The notes below the pieces were generated by a model, which did no database searches, was not told where the DNA came from, and worked only from the letters and a program-made list of their open reading frames with translations. A stretch of 63,369 bases of DNA, the filler included, from Globobulimina sp. (taxonomy: Eukaryota), in NCBI GenBank assembly GCA_003354225.1. It is 18 parts of 18 records of this genome, joined end to end, with 100 filler letters (N's around TTAATTAATTAA, not from the genome) between each part and the next. Parts side by side here need not be neighbours in the genome. Positions count along the whole stretch, not along the records: positions 1 to 3,429 come from PIVH01002820.1; positions 3,530 to 6,958 come from PIVH01002821.1; positions 7,059 to 10,487 come from PIVH01002822.1; positions 10,588 to 14,016 come from PIVH01002823.1; 14 more parts are not named here. One strand, given 5' to 3'. The number at the start of each line of letters is the position of its first letter. The stretch's first letter is position 1. The translations under genes were made by a program, and so were the position numbers. Below, piece after piece: positions 1 through 13,060 of the stretch.

Positions 1-39
1 TCTTACTCAAAAAACATTTCGTTTTTTTTTGTTTGAAAG

Positions 40-1865
40 CCTGGTGCTGTTTTATAATCTGGCCAGTGAGGAACAAATAGATGCTTTGATGAACCATATG
101 TTTGCTGGCAACAGATCGATGTTAGGAGAATCATTATCTGTTTTATTAGCACTGTTGCATCATTATCCCAATGTATCTGCAGAAAAACAGCAATTTGGTG
201 ACGATGACCATGAAGAACGCCATGGCGATGATAATGAGATCCCTCCGCCACCAGCCACAGAAGGCGCAACCGTGGAGGTACAGAATGAGAATCCATTAGC
301 ACCCAAACAATCCACTTCCAACGATCAGACCAACGGCAATGGCGCAGCAAAGGCAGACGAACTAACCGTAAATCCTTTAGCTATAAATCAGGCTGAAAAC
401 GCTCAAGTGGACCTCACCAACAATGCACAGCCAGCGGTACCGGCACAACCCGGCAGTGCAGCTGAGACTGTGTCGGCCTCCGCAACCGTGGAAGAGCACA
501 AATTTGATGGCAATGTCCCCTCTGTGGTGCGTGCAGTGTGTCTACGTCTATCTGAGTTTAAGGTATTATTGGAAGATGATAACTTGCCCGATTTGCAGTT
601 ACCGTTTGTTCTCTTATCGCCGCCATTAGGCCCCGTCAGACACAAAGTGGTGGATATGATTGTTGCGTTGATGCGGACGCCGTCGACTGTGGTTTCGCAG
701 AAATTGCGATCGCTTGGCTTGATTGTAAAGTGTATTGAGTTGTTTTTTTTATATCCATGGAATAATTTATTGCATGGCTCAGTGGAACATATTATACAAA
801 TGGTGGTGTCTGGAGATTGTAGTGTGTTGAAAGCTGCGTTGTTCGAAGATTGCGATTTCTTGAACCGGATATTGAAAGCACGTGAATTGTCCGCCCAACA
901 TCAAGAAAAATCTGGGTTCAGATTAGGTATCATTTGTTTTTTTGATTGGTTGGAATTTTTTTGTTTCTATGATATTTTGTTATATCAATGTTGAAATATT
1001 TTTTTTTGATTGGTTGACATTTTTTTTTTATTTGTATACAGGATATATGGGACATATAACACGTGTTAGTAATACGATTGTGGAATTTGCGAAACGCAAT
1101 AAACAGTTATTAGAATACATGGAAATGAATGAAGATTGGATGAAATTCATAGCGGATGACTTAAAATTAGAGAATGAACAATTAAATACGCAATTGGGTG
1201 GGCATAGGCCTTCAGCTTTGAATGGCGAGGAGGATGTGGATGATTTTACATTATTTACATTGAATGATATTAGTAACCATACCGATGACAATGATCATAT
1301 ATTAAATGATGAGACTTCTGAGGAGGTGGAGGAAGATAATGATTCAGACTCTGATGAGGACACTCCATTGCAAGGAGACGATAATAATGATGATAACACA
1401 CAAAACCAATCATTGAATGAAACAAATGTAAATTACGAAATGCCGCAAGACGCATTCACTAAATTGACACAGAAAATTGATGAAAGCGAGCAACAAAAAC
1501 CAGAGAGCAATGCCAACGGAAATGATGATTTTGATCAATGGTTGAATGATGAAGAAAACTGGAATGATTTTGGCGATGAAAATAAAGCAAATACTTCGCA
1601 AAATAGTGCTGGGACCGAAATAAATGGCGATGTTAATATGAATGTTGATGTTAACAAAAAGGAGGCTGAAAAGCAGGAAAAAAAACAAAATGAAAAGTGT
1701 CAATCACAAAATGAAGATTTCGATAATTGGGATAACCCATTTGCTGAGGACGACTTGTTTGAAAATGATGGCGAGGATAAGTCGCAGAGTGATAAGCTAA
1801 ACAACGGACATATTAATGCGAAAATAGAACAACAAATTCCAACTGTGGTTGCTGTAAATGATTAA
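40..1865 (+). CDS. SIT4-associated protein / PP6 regulatory subunit (SAPS family), 5'-partial, intron 927-1041
   Basis: PLGPVRHKVV, LFFLYPWNNLLH and, after GT..AG splicing, LGYMGHITRVSN motifs; acidic tail. Confidence 0.9.
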
Positions 1866-2620
1866 TGAACAATGAATTTTTATATTAACATATGCATAAA
1901 AACTTATATAACCTTTATTTTTATATTGTTTATTCCATTTTTGTTTTGTGGATCAGTATCTTTTTTTTTTTTATATTTTTGTTGTTTCGCGTTTCTTTTT
2001 GTGTGTTATTAAATTTCTTCTCGATTTAATGTCCTGTTTTTCTTTTTTCTCAGTTCTTTTATCTTTCAAAAAGTAAAAAAACAAAAATATCGCAAATTAT
2101 TTGCATGTTGTAAATTTTATTCGATTTCGTTGATGTTTCAATATTTCGTAAATTTTTTTTGTGTTTCATTTTATTTTAAAATTAAGTTTATATAAGTTTT
2201 GTTTAGCCATAGCCAATATCAATTTATATATATTATAATTAATCTATATTTAACAAATATATTTTCATTTGATTCACAAAATATTAATTTCAAAGAGAGA
2301 ACAATTAATATTTTGGAATATACTTTTAATTGTTAGTAGTTATTATTTTTTATCGAATATTATGCACAATGTGCTTTGTGATGGTAATAATTGTGTTTTT
2401 TTTGTTTGATTTCTTGTGATTGTATTCATTTCTTTTTGTCACATCTATTTTAATTTTTTTTCCAAGTACGTAACTTTCAGATATTTTTGTTTGTGGACTA
2501 AGTGACTTTGTGGAAAGGGAGGGTAGAAAATTGAACGATGAGTTTCAATAAGTTTTAATAGATAACCCCTCCACCTCGCAAACCCAATGCAAACTTTATT
2601 TTGCACAATTCATCGTTAAA

Positions 2621-3429
2621 ATGAGTAATTTGTGCAACACAGAATCTGCTCAATTATTGTCACATAAAAGTGATAAAAAAGGGAATAGAAATATCATAGT
2701 AATCTGTGTAGCTTTGCTTATTGTCGCTGGATTAAGCTTTGGCATTGGTTATTTTGTTGGAACACTAGAAACGAAAGATTCATCTTCAGATCATTTTAAT
2801 ATTGTGGATACATTGGATATTGCAATTATTGGCGGTGGTGCATCCGGAATATATCAAGCATATAATTTGAGAGAAAACAATCCTGAATTATCACTAAAAA
2901 TATTTGAAAAATTATCACGAATCGGTGGCAGACAATTTTCATCTCATTTACATGTTGTTGATGAAGATGATAATATATTGCGATCCATTCATTTTGAGAA
3001 CGTTGCAATGAGATTTAGACAAAATCAAAATTTAACATTGCAATTATTATCATATTTAGATTTATGTGATGATATTGCACCATTTGCACAAATTAATAAT
3101 CCGATAGAAATATCAAATTATTTTAGAAACAGTTTTTTAAATAACAGAAATAATATAACTTATACAGATATTTACAATGTATCTTCAGAGGAAACAGTTT
3201 TTGTGAATGGCAGTATTAGTTTTTGGGACAAAATATTTGATGAAATAATTGAAGAAAATGGAAATATTATTCCTCAAACATTGAATGAGTGGGAAACATT
3301 TCGAGTTAACTATACATATAAAGGTAAAAAGTTATATAAATGGTCGCAAAGAGCCGTACTTTCAGTAAACAACGCTTCCACTGAATTAGTATCATATTTC
3401 TACCGTGTTGCCACAATGAGTCCCAATCC
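2621..3429 (+). CDS. Flavin-dependent amine/L-amino-acid oxidase-like protein with N-terminal membrane anchor, 3'-partial
   Basis: IAIIGGGASG dinucleotide-binding motif, FEK..RIGGR, ENVAMRF (variant of E-x-GAMR); hydrophobic anchor at about residues 25-47. Confidence 0.8.
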
Positions 3430-3529
3430 NNNNNNNNNNNNNNNNNNNNNNNNNNNNNNNNNNNNNNNNNNNNTTAATTAATTAANNNNNNNNNNNNNNN
3501 NNNNNNNNNNNNNNNNNNNNNNNNNNNNN
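3430..3529. other. Artificial contig spacer (first of 17; the others start at 6959, 10488, 14017, 17545, 21073, 24600, 28127, 31653, 35179, 38705, 42231, 45756, 49280, 52803, 56326, 59848)
   Basis: Identical 100-nt N-run/TTAATTAATTAA/N-run blocks with stops in all six frames; intervening contigs shrink from 3429 to 3422 nt. Confidence 0.99.
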
Positions 3530-4377
3530 ATGGGTAGCAACTGTTCTCAACTGACTTGTGATTCCGTCTGTAATTGTTTCGTTCGTGATGAAAATGTTCA
3601 ACATGTTGAGGTCGAGAGAGACTTCCAAGTGAAATGGTTATTGACCGAGGGTCATGACTCAATACTTATGACAATTCTTACTGAACCAGAATATGATTAT
3701 AATGCGCCAACAGTGATTGTTGAACTAATCAAAGCGTTATCATATTCAGACAAAGCATCGTTTTATGTCACTCAGAAACATCTTTGTGGTGAAACGTTTT
3801 ATGCCAAACAGACAACTTTATTAAACAAAAAATTATGTACAGGGTGGTACCATTCAAGATTCTCCAATTTATCACCATTTCCTATCGTCGTAGTTTCCTC
3901 AGGTTACGTATACAAAATGTACATCTTTCTCCGTATACATATATCTGTCAATATCTGTACATAGACAAAAAAGCCAGTGTGCAAATGGGGGAATCAGCTT
4001 ATTACCAAACAACAATACATGTCAACAATTGCCAAATTGCAATGGATGTGAGTCACACCGACAACCTTAACAATGAAAGTAATTATTACTATGTGTATTT
4101 CTATAAAACTATTTATATCATATTAATCAATAAAAATGACTCAATGGAGTGTATTGACAATGTATGTCGGTCAATTTGGGAGAAATGCGGTACGATGGAT
4201 AATTGTATTTTGGTTTGGAACGAGAAACGTTGCAAAACAGAGAGTGGAGCAACGTTATTATTAGCAAAGAAATGGAACGTTCCCTCTGTGGCTATTGATT
4301 GCCGCCAACCAAACAGCATTAAGAATTTATTTAAATTCGCAATGAAATATTATTGGTTCTGTGAAGTAACAAAGTAA
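3530..4377 (+). CDS. Divergent protein with a Ras-like small-GTPase-fold C-terminus; intron 3903-3964
   Basis: Two ORFs joined in frame by a GT..AG intron; ILVWN and LAKKWNVP..IDC....IKNLF resemble degenerate G4/G5 regions; no intact P-loop. Confidence 0.4.
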
Positions 4378-4933
4378 AGTTAAGATATTGCATTGCTTTT
4401 AATTTTGCTGTATGTTATTAAATATATTTATGCATATTTAGACCCAATTAAATCAGGGATGTGACCTATTTTTGTATGAATTTTACGTAGTTCTGAGTGT
4501 TTAGGTATTGCTCATTCTAATTAATTGCACGTTTTGTTGTGTTCCAATTGTGTTAGCATGCGAGATGCCTATTTGTTTAGTTGTTGATTGTGTTGTGTTC
4601 TCAGGATCAAATTTGTTTTGTGTAATGTTCAGATTTCTTTTTGTGTCTGGATTTTTTGTACCTTTTCTGTTCTGTTCTGTTCTGTTGAGTGTTGATGATT
4701 ACTTACTTACTTACTATGTAGCGTGTGCATGTGTACTTTGTTCATTTTTGTTTTAGTGTTTGTGAAATTTAATAATTTTTAGTTTAGTGAATCTCTGTGT
4801 TCTAAGCAGAAAATTCAAGACAATACTTTATCATAAAAATCTGAAAAGACTCTGTTTGTTTACTTTCCAGAATGTTCCAGAATGTTTCAAGTCCTCGGAG
4901 TTTAAAGGGGAGTTTTTTTGTTCCTAATCTAGC

Positions 4934-6958
4934 ATGACGTCGATTGATGAGTTGCTAAACATCGAATCAGACGACATTGGTGACATTAAATCATGGATAA
5001 ACAAAGTAATATCATCAGAAACATCGGACAAAGAACTAAAAGACTTAATAATGAAATTGCAATTTGTCTCTCAAGATATTGATAAATCGTTAGATCGTTT
5101 ACAAGATCAATTAACGCATTCCATCCCATCCTTAAAACAGATTTTATCCGACATATCATCAGAATCAATCTCCTTAAAACAAGATTTTATCCGCATAAAC
5201 CATGATGTGTCCATAATACATGAACGCAATCAAAACGTCATAGGTAACTTATCCTCGGTGCACGCCGTCAGCAATGATATGAATTTATGCATTGACTCCC
5301 TCTCTGAAATACATAATTGGGAGACCAAAATAAGAAAAGTAAATAAATTATTTGACAATCGAGAATTTGAACTAATATCCAAAGAGTTAAAATTAATGAA
5401 ATCTCGCGTGGAAATGCTAAAAAATAACATGCCAAAATTGTACAACACACGAAATATTATCGTCGAAAATTATATTACAAAGCTAGAAAATATGGTTATT
5501 CCATATATCAATCAGACGTTCGATAAACACGATTATCGATCGTTTATTCGCTACGAGAAAATATTAATAAATATTAACAAATATAATGAAATCAATAAAC
5601 TTTATATTTTGAACCGGTTGGAAACTATCAAACAATTATTGCAACATTTCAGTAATAAAAACAATAAGAATCGGCTGCAAAGTTTAAATATTTGGTTCAC
5701 GGAGTTTTTGTTAAATTTATTATCGTATTTTGAGGATGAATATGAATGGACGCAACAAGTAAATATTAAATTGGATGTCATCAAGGAATTAATTGTCAAC
5801 ATTTGCGATGAGATTAGCATTGAAATCCGAGAATGGATTGTGATTTATATGGATAATAACCAGGATATGGATAAATTGATAAATTTGTTTCAAATATGTA
5901 ACGAGCTCATGGTCAATGTGTATAATTCGCGTTTATTAATCACGGACGTGACCGGGTATAGAAAGCATAAAAAAAAAGATATTTTAGAGTTGGTGCCGAA
6001 TATAAATAAGTTAATCAGCAATTTATTATCGACGCATTATAAAAAGACATATTTAAATTTAGAAAAGGTTTTATTGTTTGATGCCATCTCATCTCCAAAA
6101 GGGAAACAAAGTGATTTGTCATTTACAGATATCATACAAAGAGCGGATGAGTGGATTGAAATATTTATGAATACATTGTCGATGTCACACAAACGATGTA
6201 TTATTATGAGTTATGGCTCTTTGATTAAACAAATGATTGCTTTGTATGATGCATTTATTGTGGAATATATTAATAAAATCCATTTATTATTAGAAAGCTC
6301 ACGATACGACCCATCAAATATGGTATCACCGTATGATAATAATCCAGAGGTTAAGGAGGAGGATGGAAAGGATAATAACAATGATTTGGCAGAGACGCAA
6401 GCAGCGAATAATTGGATTATTGATTTAAAACAAGCATTTTCATTGGCGCACAAATTGCAGATTATGACTGAGAGAATAGCTGCTTTTATGGATGAAATGT
6501 TGAGAGATTTGTGCGGCAAAATCAATATTTTATGCGATGATTCACAATTCGATAATGGTTCGTTATTGTTTTATCGCATATTTTTGTCCTCGAGCGAGTT
6601 GCAGCTATTATCGAAATTCAATGATGTTCGACAGTGCAAATCGTTATTTCTGAAATCATTGGCAAATGAATCAAATATGGAAACTAAAATTAATGATCAA
6701 ATGGAAAATATATTGTTAAATATTATGACACAGGAAATTAAAGTTTATATTAATAATATTCATTCGTTATCTGTTTGGACGGAAAGACCGCCGAAAAGCG
6801 AACAGTTATTAAATTTGCCGCAGTTTAATTTGCAGCCAAATGAGAATATTAAGAGGATTGGCACTCATTTATTGGCATTGGTACAGCAATTGGAATCGCA
6901 CGAAAATAGTATGGAAGAACAGGAAAAGAAAAAGAAAAAGAAGATAAAGGGAATGAGA
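4934..6958 (+). CDS. COG7: Conserved oligomeric Golgi complex subunit 7, 3'-partial
   Basis: N-terminal DIKSWIN..LIMKLQ coiled coil and C-terminal LPQFNLQPNENIKRIGTHLLAL.QQLE motif. Confidence 0.8.
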
Positions 6959-7058
6959 NNNNNNNNNNNNNNNNNNNNNNNNNNNNNNNNNNNNNNNNNN
7001 NNTTAATTAATTAANNNNNNNNNNNNNNNNNNNNNNNNNNNNNNNNNNNNNNNNNNNN

Positions 7059-8088
7059 AAATATCCACAATATTTTGATATGGCATTGGCATCGTCCGGA
7101 CCAATTTTTTATACTTCAAATTCTTTGGTTGATCCATATTGTTATTATGCTGTGATTACAAATGCTACCAAACAGTCAATGGCTTCCTCACTATGTTCTG
7201 AATTGGTTCAAAAATATACTGCGTCATTATTAACTGCGACGGCCACACAAATCACAGATGCCATTCCTTTATGTTCTCAGTTATCCAATGATCCGCAGAA
7301 AGGATTGTATGAATTGGAAGCTTATTTATATGAAATATGGGCAAATTATGGAATGGGTATGTTGCTATTATACTTATTTACATATATTCTAAAACATAAA
7401 TATTGATTTGATGAAAGGTAACTATCCGCCAACAACATCTGGAATGCATACAGCATGCAATCGGATGATAAATGGTGACACTTCGGATGGATTAAAGATT
7501 TTATCCCATTTCTTAGAGCCATATAAGACCAGCGGATGTGTAGAATTATCAAACAAAGTGCCAGCTGGACCTAATGCAAGTATCCATTGTTCAGATTTAA
7601 CGGGTTGCGGTACAGGACATGGTGGGCAATCATGGGATTTCCAGGCATGCGCACAAAATATAGAGCCGTTTGCAACCAATAATGTGACGGATATGTTTGA
7701 TCCGAACTGGTTATGGAATATAAGCTGGTTAGATGCTCATTGTATGAATAGATTTGGTATTAAAGCAAGTGTGCGGCAGCAATGGATGACGGACGAATTT
7801 GGTTTGGATCCTATTTATTTTAATAATAAGTTGGCAGATATTACATCACATATTATATTTAGTAATGGGATGCGAGATGGATGGCATTGTGGCGGCGTAT
7901 TGCAAAATATGAGTGACACTCTGATTGCTATTACAATTGAAAATGGTGCGCATGGAAGTGATATGAGGTCGGATTCAAGAGATGATACAAACGATATGGT
8001 ACAAGCAAGAGCAATGGAAAGAAATATTTTAATGAAATGGATCAATGATATTTCAAACAGATTAGCAATAAATGGAAGACAGCTTTGA
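7059..8088 (+). CDS. Serine carboxypeptidase S28 (PRCP/DPP7-like), C-terminal half; intron 7357-7417
   Basis: KYP..F..ALASSGP, spliced MGNYP, WDFQAC, IIFSNG.RD.W..GG (catalytic Asp), AHGSD (catalytic His). Confidence 0.88.
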
Positions 8089-8176
8089 GTTTAAATGTAA
8101 ATTAAATGCTTCGATTCTGTGAGTGTTTCATATATAATGCCAAAAAAAAACAGCGAAGTACAGCTAATCTTCTTGC

Positions 8177-9082
8177 ATGGCTGATGAAAAGTTGGATGCT
8201 AGCACATACAGCCAACGTATTAGGTGTCTTGGTGCAAATAGTGGTACGTATACATGGTTAATAAATGATGAGTCAGTAATTAGGAATATATTAAATGCTG
8301 GAAATGGAAAACTATTTGAAAGTAAACCATTCAAAATGAGAAATATGCGTTGGAGTATAACATTATATCCAAATGGTACTACGAAAGAAAATACAGGCGA
8401 TGTCGTGATCTTTTTAAAATTGCTATCAATACCACCAGTAATTGATGCTGTGGTGTTATATTATTTAATATCATGTAATAAAACATTTTCAAGCGGCAGT
8501 AACATTAATCATTTCTCGCAAACCAATGTCAGCAGTGGGTGTACACTGAGATCATTGTTATCTGAATGGAAATCGATGAATGCAGAGACTTTATCCATTT
8601 CAGTGAATATTAATGTGATTAAAATAATATTGAATAAAACGGGTCTAAATAACATTGAAAGTATCGGTTTATTGCCACATGTTTGGATAAATAAAAAACC
8701 ATCGTTTCCTAAGAAATGGAGTTTTGAATATAAATTTGATAGAAACACTATAAATATGTTTAAAAAAAGCTATGTCGGTAAACAATTTACATCGAATATT
8801 ATTGATAATACGTGGCAATTGAAAATATTTCCTAATGGTTTCACACAAGATTATAAAGGAAATATTGGAGTGTTACTTACATCAGAGCATCGCTTCTATG
8901 GCGAATCAATGCCATTTGGGACCAGCAATATAAATAATAACTATATATTAGACAGTGACCATTTGGGTTTACTGCAAGTTGAACAATCAATGGCTGATTA
9001 TATGACTTTAATGAATTTCTGGCAAAGCCAATATTTTAATTGTACCACCTGTCCATGTGGAGAATTGCTAATAACTTTATGA
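8177..9082 (+). pseudogene. Chimeric ORF: MATH/TRAF domain(s) fused to an internal S28 peptidase fragment and cut off by an LTR
   Basis: SKPF..RNMRWSITLYPNG..VVIFLKL (MATH) and a second partial MATH (WQLKIFPNG), then from 8885 EHRFYGESMPFG..LQVEQSMADY (S28). Confidence 0.75.
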
Positions 9083-9216
9083 CTATCCCCTTAAGCTGAC
9101 ATCCTTTGTAACCATTAATTAATGTTGAACTAGGTTTTTTCGTACTTGTTTAGTCCTAACTAACTTTAAATACAGGGAAACGTTCCCAGTCAAGCAAACC
9201 AGCACAGATATCTACA
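9056..9216 (+). repeat. Candidate 5' LTR (161 bp)
   Basis: TG...CA termini with imperfect inverted ends (TGTGGAGA/TATCTACA) and a TTTAAATA box; the second LTR is not in the contig. Confidence 0.55.
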
Positions 9217-9219
9217 ATT

Positions 9220-9234
9220 TGGGGGGTCAAGTGG
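9220..9234 (+). promoter_or_regulatory. Candidate primer-binding site (possibly tRNA-Pro)
   Basis: TGGGGGGTCAAGTGG directly after the LTR-terminal CA; TGGGGG starts are typical of tRNA-Pro PBSs. Confidence 0.5.
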
Positions 9235-9902
9235 CTTTAACAACTCATAGCCTTTTATAGACAGTACCCGTATAGAACTAAACAGAAACAACAGAAAAGC
9301 AGATTTAGCTTTATTAACAGTTTAGGTTTTCTTTAGTTTGTATAGACACTTTGTATATTTTGAGACTAGTTTGCGATACAAATTATATACAAATTTACGA
9401 TTTGGCCCATCGTAAATCTGTTTCCTTTGATATCTTATGCTTGAAACTTGATTTAAAAGAGAATATTATGTGTGAAACTAACAAATAAAAAATAAATACA
9501 CATTTTGCCATAACATATACACAAACTTTACAAACACACATAAAATAAGTAATAAAACCGTTAATAAAAACAAAAAAATACAAAATAAAAATGCAAACTA
9601 AATGAATAATAAACACGGTGATTCGCAACAAAAACTTGATATATAATATATAAAAATAACGCAATGCTCGTGGGAAGCCCCAATGTATGATTGGGTGTGG
9701 CATGCGAATGATCTTTGAGATATTCGTAGGGCGAGACATTGTAGACGTAGCTGCGGCAGGTAACTGCAACAGGCGGGTAATTCTGGTGTGAATCCCATAT
9801 GGCAGCTTACGTAACACAGCGCTAAAGTTTTTAAATATGTATCTACCAATCAGAGATAATTAATATTTAAATAAATATATAATAAAAACATACATTAATA
9901 GA

Positions 9903-10487
9903 ATGGCCAGAGGTAAAAAGAGAACCACACGAAATACCTTACGGCGTGTAAATGAAGGAAATAACGATGATGACTTTGATATTGTCATCGATAATGAACA
10001 TAACCATAACCATAGCAATGATGCCGGAGCCAGAGCATATACACAATTATTATATCAATTGCAGAAAATTAATGACTTTACCCGTCCATTTATAGCTCGT
10101 ACGGGGTTGGATACTTTGCGTTGGATCCTTGATGTAAATGATTATATTGATGTTAATATAGACGCTCCCGAGAATTTAGTCTTTGATAAAATAATGAATT
10201 CCATTCCGCAGCATGTACAGCGATATTATCGTAATTATATAATCGAACAAAATCGTCAGTTGGTCGCAAATCAGAATCAGAAGAATCAAGATGATGATGA
10301 TATTGATTTGTTACATCACAAATCATTAAATACATTAAAGCAATGGGCGAAATACCAATATCCACCAACTCCAAATGTTGACTCATTAATAAATAAATTA
10401 AATCAGATCCAATTCCGGTACAAAGAAAATCCATTGACTGTTTTTGATCGGTTCCAAATACTATGTGGTAATATAGAATTATGTACA
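9903..10487 (+). CDS. gag: Retrotransposon Gag (capsid) protein, 3'-partial
   Basis: PF....D.LRWI..V..YI ... LKQW....YPP ... L..IQ....E.P..V..RF..L pattern of Retrotrans_gag. Confidence 0.7.
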
Positions 10488-10587
10488 NNNNNNNNNNNNN
10501 NNNNNNNNNNNNNNNNNNNNNNNNNNNNNNNTTAATTAATTAANNNNNNNNNNNNNNNNNNNNNNNNNNNNNNNNNNNNNNNNNNNN

Positions 10588-11609
10588 CAATGATCAAGTT
10601 TGCCATTCCGATACAAATCAATGAAGTACAAAGCAGTCAAATATTCCTCATACGTTTCTACATATTTATTTTTTTCCGGATCAAATGTTTTTGTCAAATA
10701 CTTTTTCGGATTACAATAATGTCTGTGATGCGCTATGGCATTCAACACAGCACCAATATCATCACACGGTTCCTTTACAAACTGTTTATTGCAATACTTT
10801 AAATATAAATAATTCTTATGCAAATTCAACCGATATAGAATATAATCCGCCACATATTCATGACCCACCACATGGTCCGCAATGCAGCCACAAATTGATA
10901 ATTTCATCAAACTCTCAAGGTCCGTATTCTCGTTATCGCCCGGCAAGAATATGCCGGGTGTGTCCAACAAAAACATCTCAGATGAAATCCGAAAGTATGT
11001 GATATGTTTGGTGAGACCGGCCAGCTTACCAACAACCGCAGAATCACGTTTATAGAAACATTTGCGTAATAAATTGATTATTGTCGATTTGCCCACATTT
11101 GGATAACCCATTACGCCGATCATTGAACATTCATTGGTCGCACTTAAATTATGTATTGGTGCGGATGATAATTGCTTGTCTTTCAATAAACTATCTGTAA
11201 TTTCATGCAATTTCTGAATGATTGTCCTGCCGCTTAACACTTTGGTGTCGTCTCTGGCATCTGCTGTCATTATGAAATGTTGATTTGGATTTGTTTTGTT
11301 TTCGTTTTTAAGAGTTATCCAGTCCTTCAGTTTACTTTTATGCTTTGGATTTAGTAAATCTGCCTTGTTGAAAATCACTAGTTTTGCTTTGTTCTGTAAT
11401 AGTTTATCAAAATGTGGATGTTGTGACGATATTGGTATTCGTGCATCGCGTATTTCCATTATAATGTTGGTGCTTGGAAGAAAGTGTTTTTTCAATTGCT
11501 TGATGGTTTTATCCATATGTCCTGGATACCAATTTATCTGTGATGGATATACAAATTCCGATCTTAATGCCCGTGTTCCTTTTCTAAGCTGAGAAAGTTT
11601 GCTCGACAT
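10588..11609 (-). CDS. MTG1: Mitochondrial ribosome-associated GTPase 1 (RbgA/YlqF family), 3'-partial
   Basis: INWYPGHM, EIRDARIP.S, NKADL, GYPNVGKST, DTPG in circularly permuted order; basic N-terminal presequence. Confidence 0.92.
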
Positions 11610-11814
11610 TTTATATAAGGATTAGGATTAGCTCTGACAATAGTGATGTTTGCAGTGGAGTTGTGGTGGAGTTAGTAGGTTTATTTGACACTCAAGTTAT
11701 ATTAAAACATATTTTGCCAACATGTAGCTTGGAGGAATGTAGCTTGAACTTATGGGATAATATAACTAAACTGTACTATTCAAAGAACTGCCACTGACAA
11801 CATAAATATTGTCT

Positions 11815-12210
11815 TGTTTCGTGATATTGTCTTGTAAATCAAAATAGTTTAAATAAATGTTTGCAGATCTCAGCAATATTTCTGTGAAAACAACACTGGT
11901 TCAATATTATCATCGTGTTATTTCCCAAATCACAAAACAAAACAAAAGAGAAAGGAAACAGTCCTAACATCTGACTACAGCCTTAGAGGTATTTCGTTTT
12001 TTCGTGGACTGATTGGTGCGCCAAAGATATTGTACGGCGTAGAATTGCCATGGAAATCAATCCAGTGACTGAAAATGCTTTTATATGGGTTCAATTTTGT
12101 TATATTGATGGCTGTTTCGCTCTCTCTTGCTTTTCTAAGATATGCAAACATTTATTTAAATTAACACGTTTTAACATATTTTGAATTACATGACAATATC
12201 ACGCGAAACA
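11815..12210. mobile_element. Degenerate foldback/MITE-like element
   Basis: 11815-11873 is an imperfect reverse complement of 12135-12210; interior is non-coding. Confidence 0.55.
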
Positions 12211-13060
12211 TTGAAGCGGGTTATCGCGCTACAAAAACATCAAAAAAAAATAGCAAAACAACGATACAGTATATCCCATTGGATAATTATACTTTTTTAA
12301 TATAGTAAATATACAGATTGTTACAGCTTTGTGTTTGGTTTGTTATCACTTTGTCTTAATTTAGCAAAAAGAAAAGAATGTTTTTATCCGTTCTAAGATC
12401 AAATTCATAATTAATAGAAAAATGAGATCTACTCCATAGAAAAATGAGATTAATGTTTCCTCCACGTAACACTCAACAAACATTATGTTAACTCATCGAG
12501 TTGATGTGACTGCAATTTTGTATTCATTTGGCGGTGCAGATCACGGAAGGAGCATAAAAAGAAAACACTCACCATCAATAACCATAAAATAAACAATCAG
12601 CTGATTGCGATATGATACTTGATCAAATTGCATGAAATTATGGGAGACATAACAACTTTTCCAAATACTTTACCATTTACTAACAATGTCACAATTGTTT
12701 AATTTCATGACAGATTTAATTATTGGATGATTATGTTATAATAGTCATTGAAAATGTGGTAATTTAACATTGTATGCAATAATAGTAACTCAACAGAATC
12801 GATTTAACATTACAATACATCGGGAATTCGGAATTATAATAATTGCCAAAATTAAAACGAATTAATATGAAAAAATTCAAATTGAAATATCAATATAATT
12901 GTAATGTAATACATCCTATATTTAATGTATAATTGTAAACACCCATGTAATCACAATATTGAATGTATTAATATCCTATATTTACAAATGACACTTTTTA
13001 TGAAAGCCATGCACCAGCACTTCAGTTGCATCCTCACTTAAAAATCTTTTGCAACGGAAA

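Larger units (their letters stand above)
9056..10487 (+). mobile_element. Ty3/Gypsy-like LTR retrotransposon, 5' part (LTR, PBS, leader, gag)
   Basis: The S28 frame breaks at TGTGGA (9056); candidate LTR ends TCTACA (9216); TGG-initiated PBS 3 nt later; gag-like ORF downstream. Confidence 0.7.

Noticed and set aside
927-1041. Overlap of ORFs 29-994 and 942-1865 as a frameshift
   Set aside because: Explained by a GT-AG intron that restores LGYMGH; the same holds for the MFS, S28, LPCAT and TRP-like splits
3474-3485. TTAATTAATTAA palindrome recurring every ~3.5 kb
   Set aside because: Artificial linker inside N-runs; ORFs ending in X...LIN and adjacency between contigs have no biological meaning
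9395-9849. Minus-strand hydrophobic ORFs
   Set aside because: Antisense of the A-rich retroelement leader; no motif
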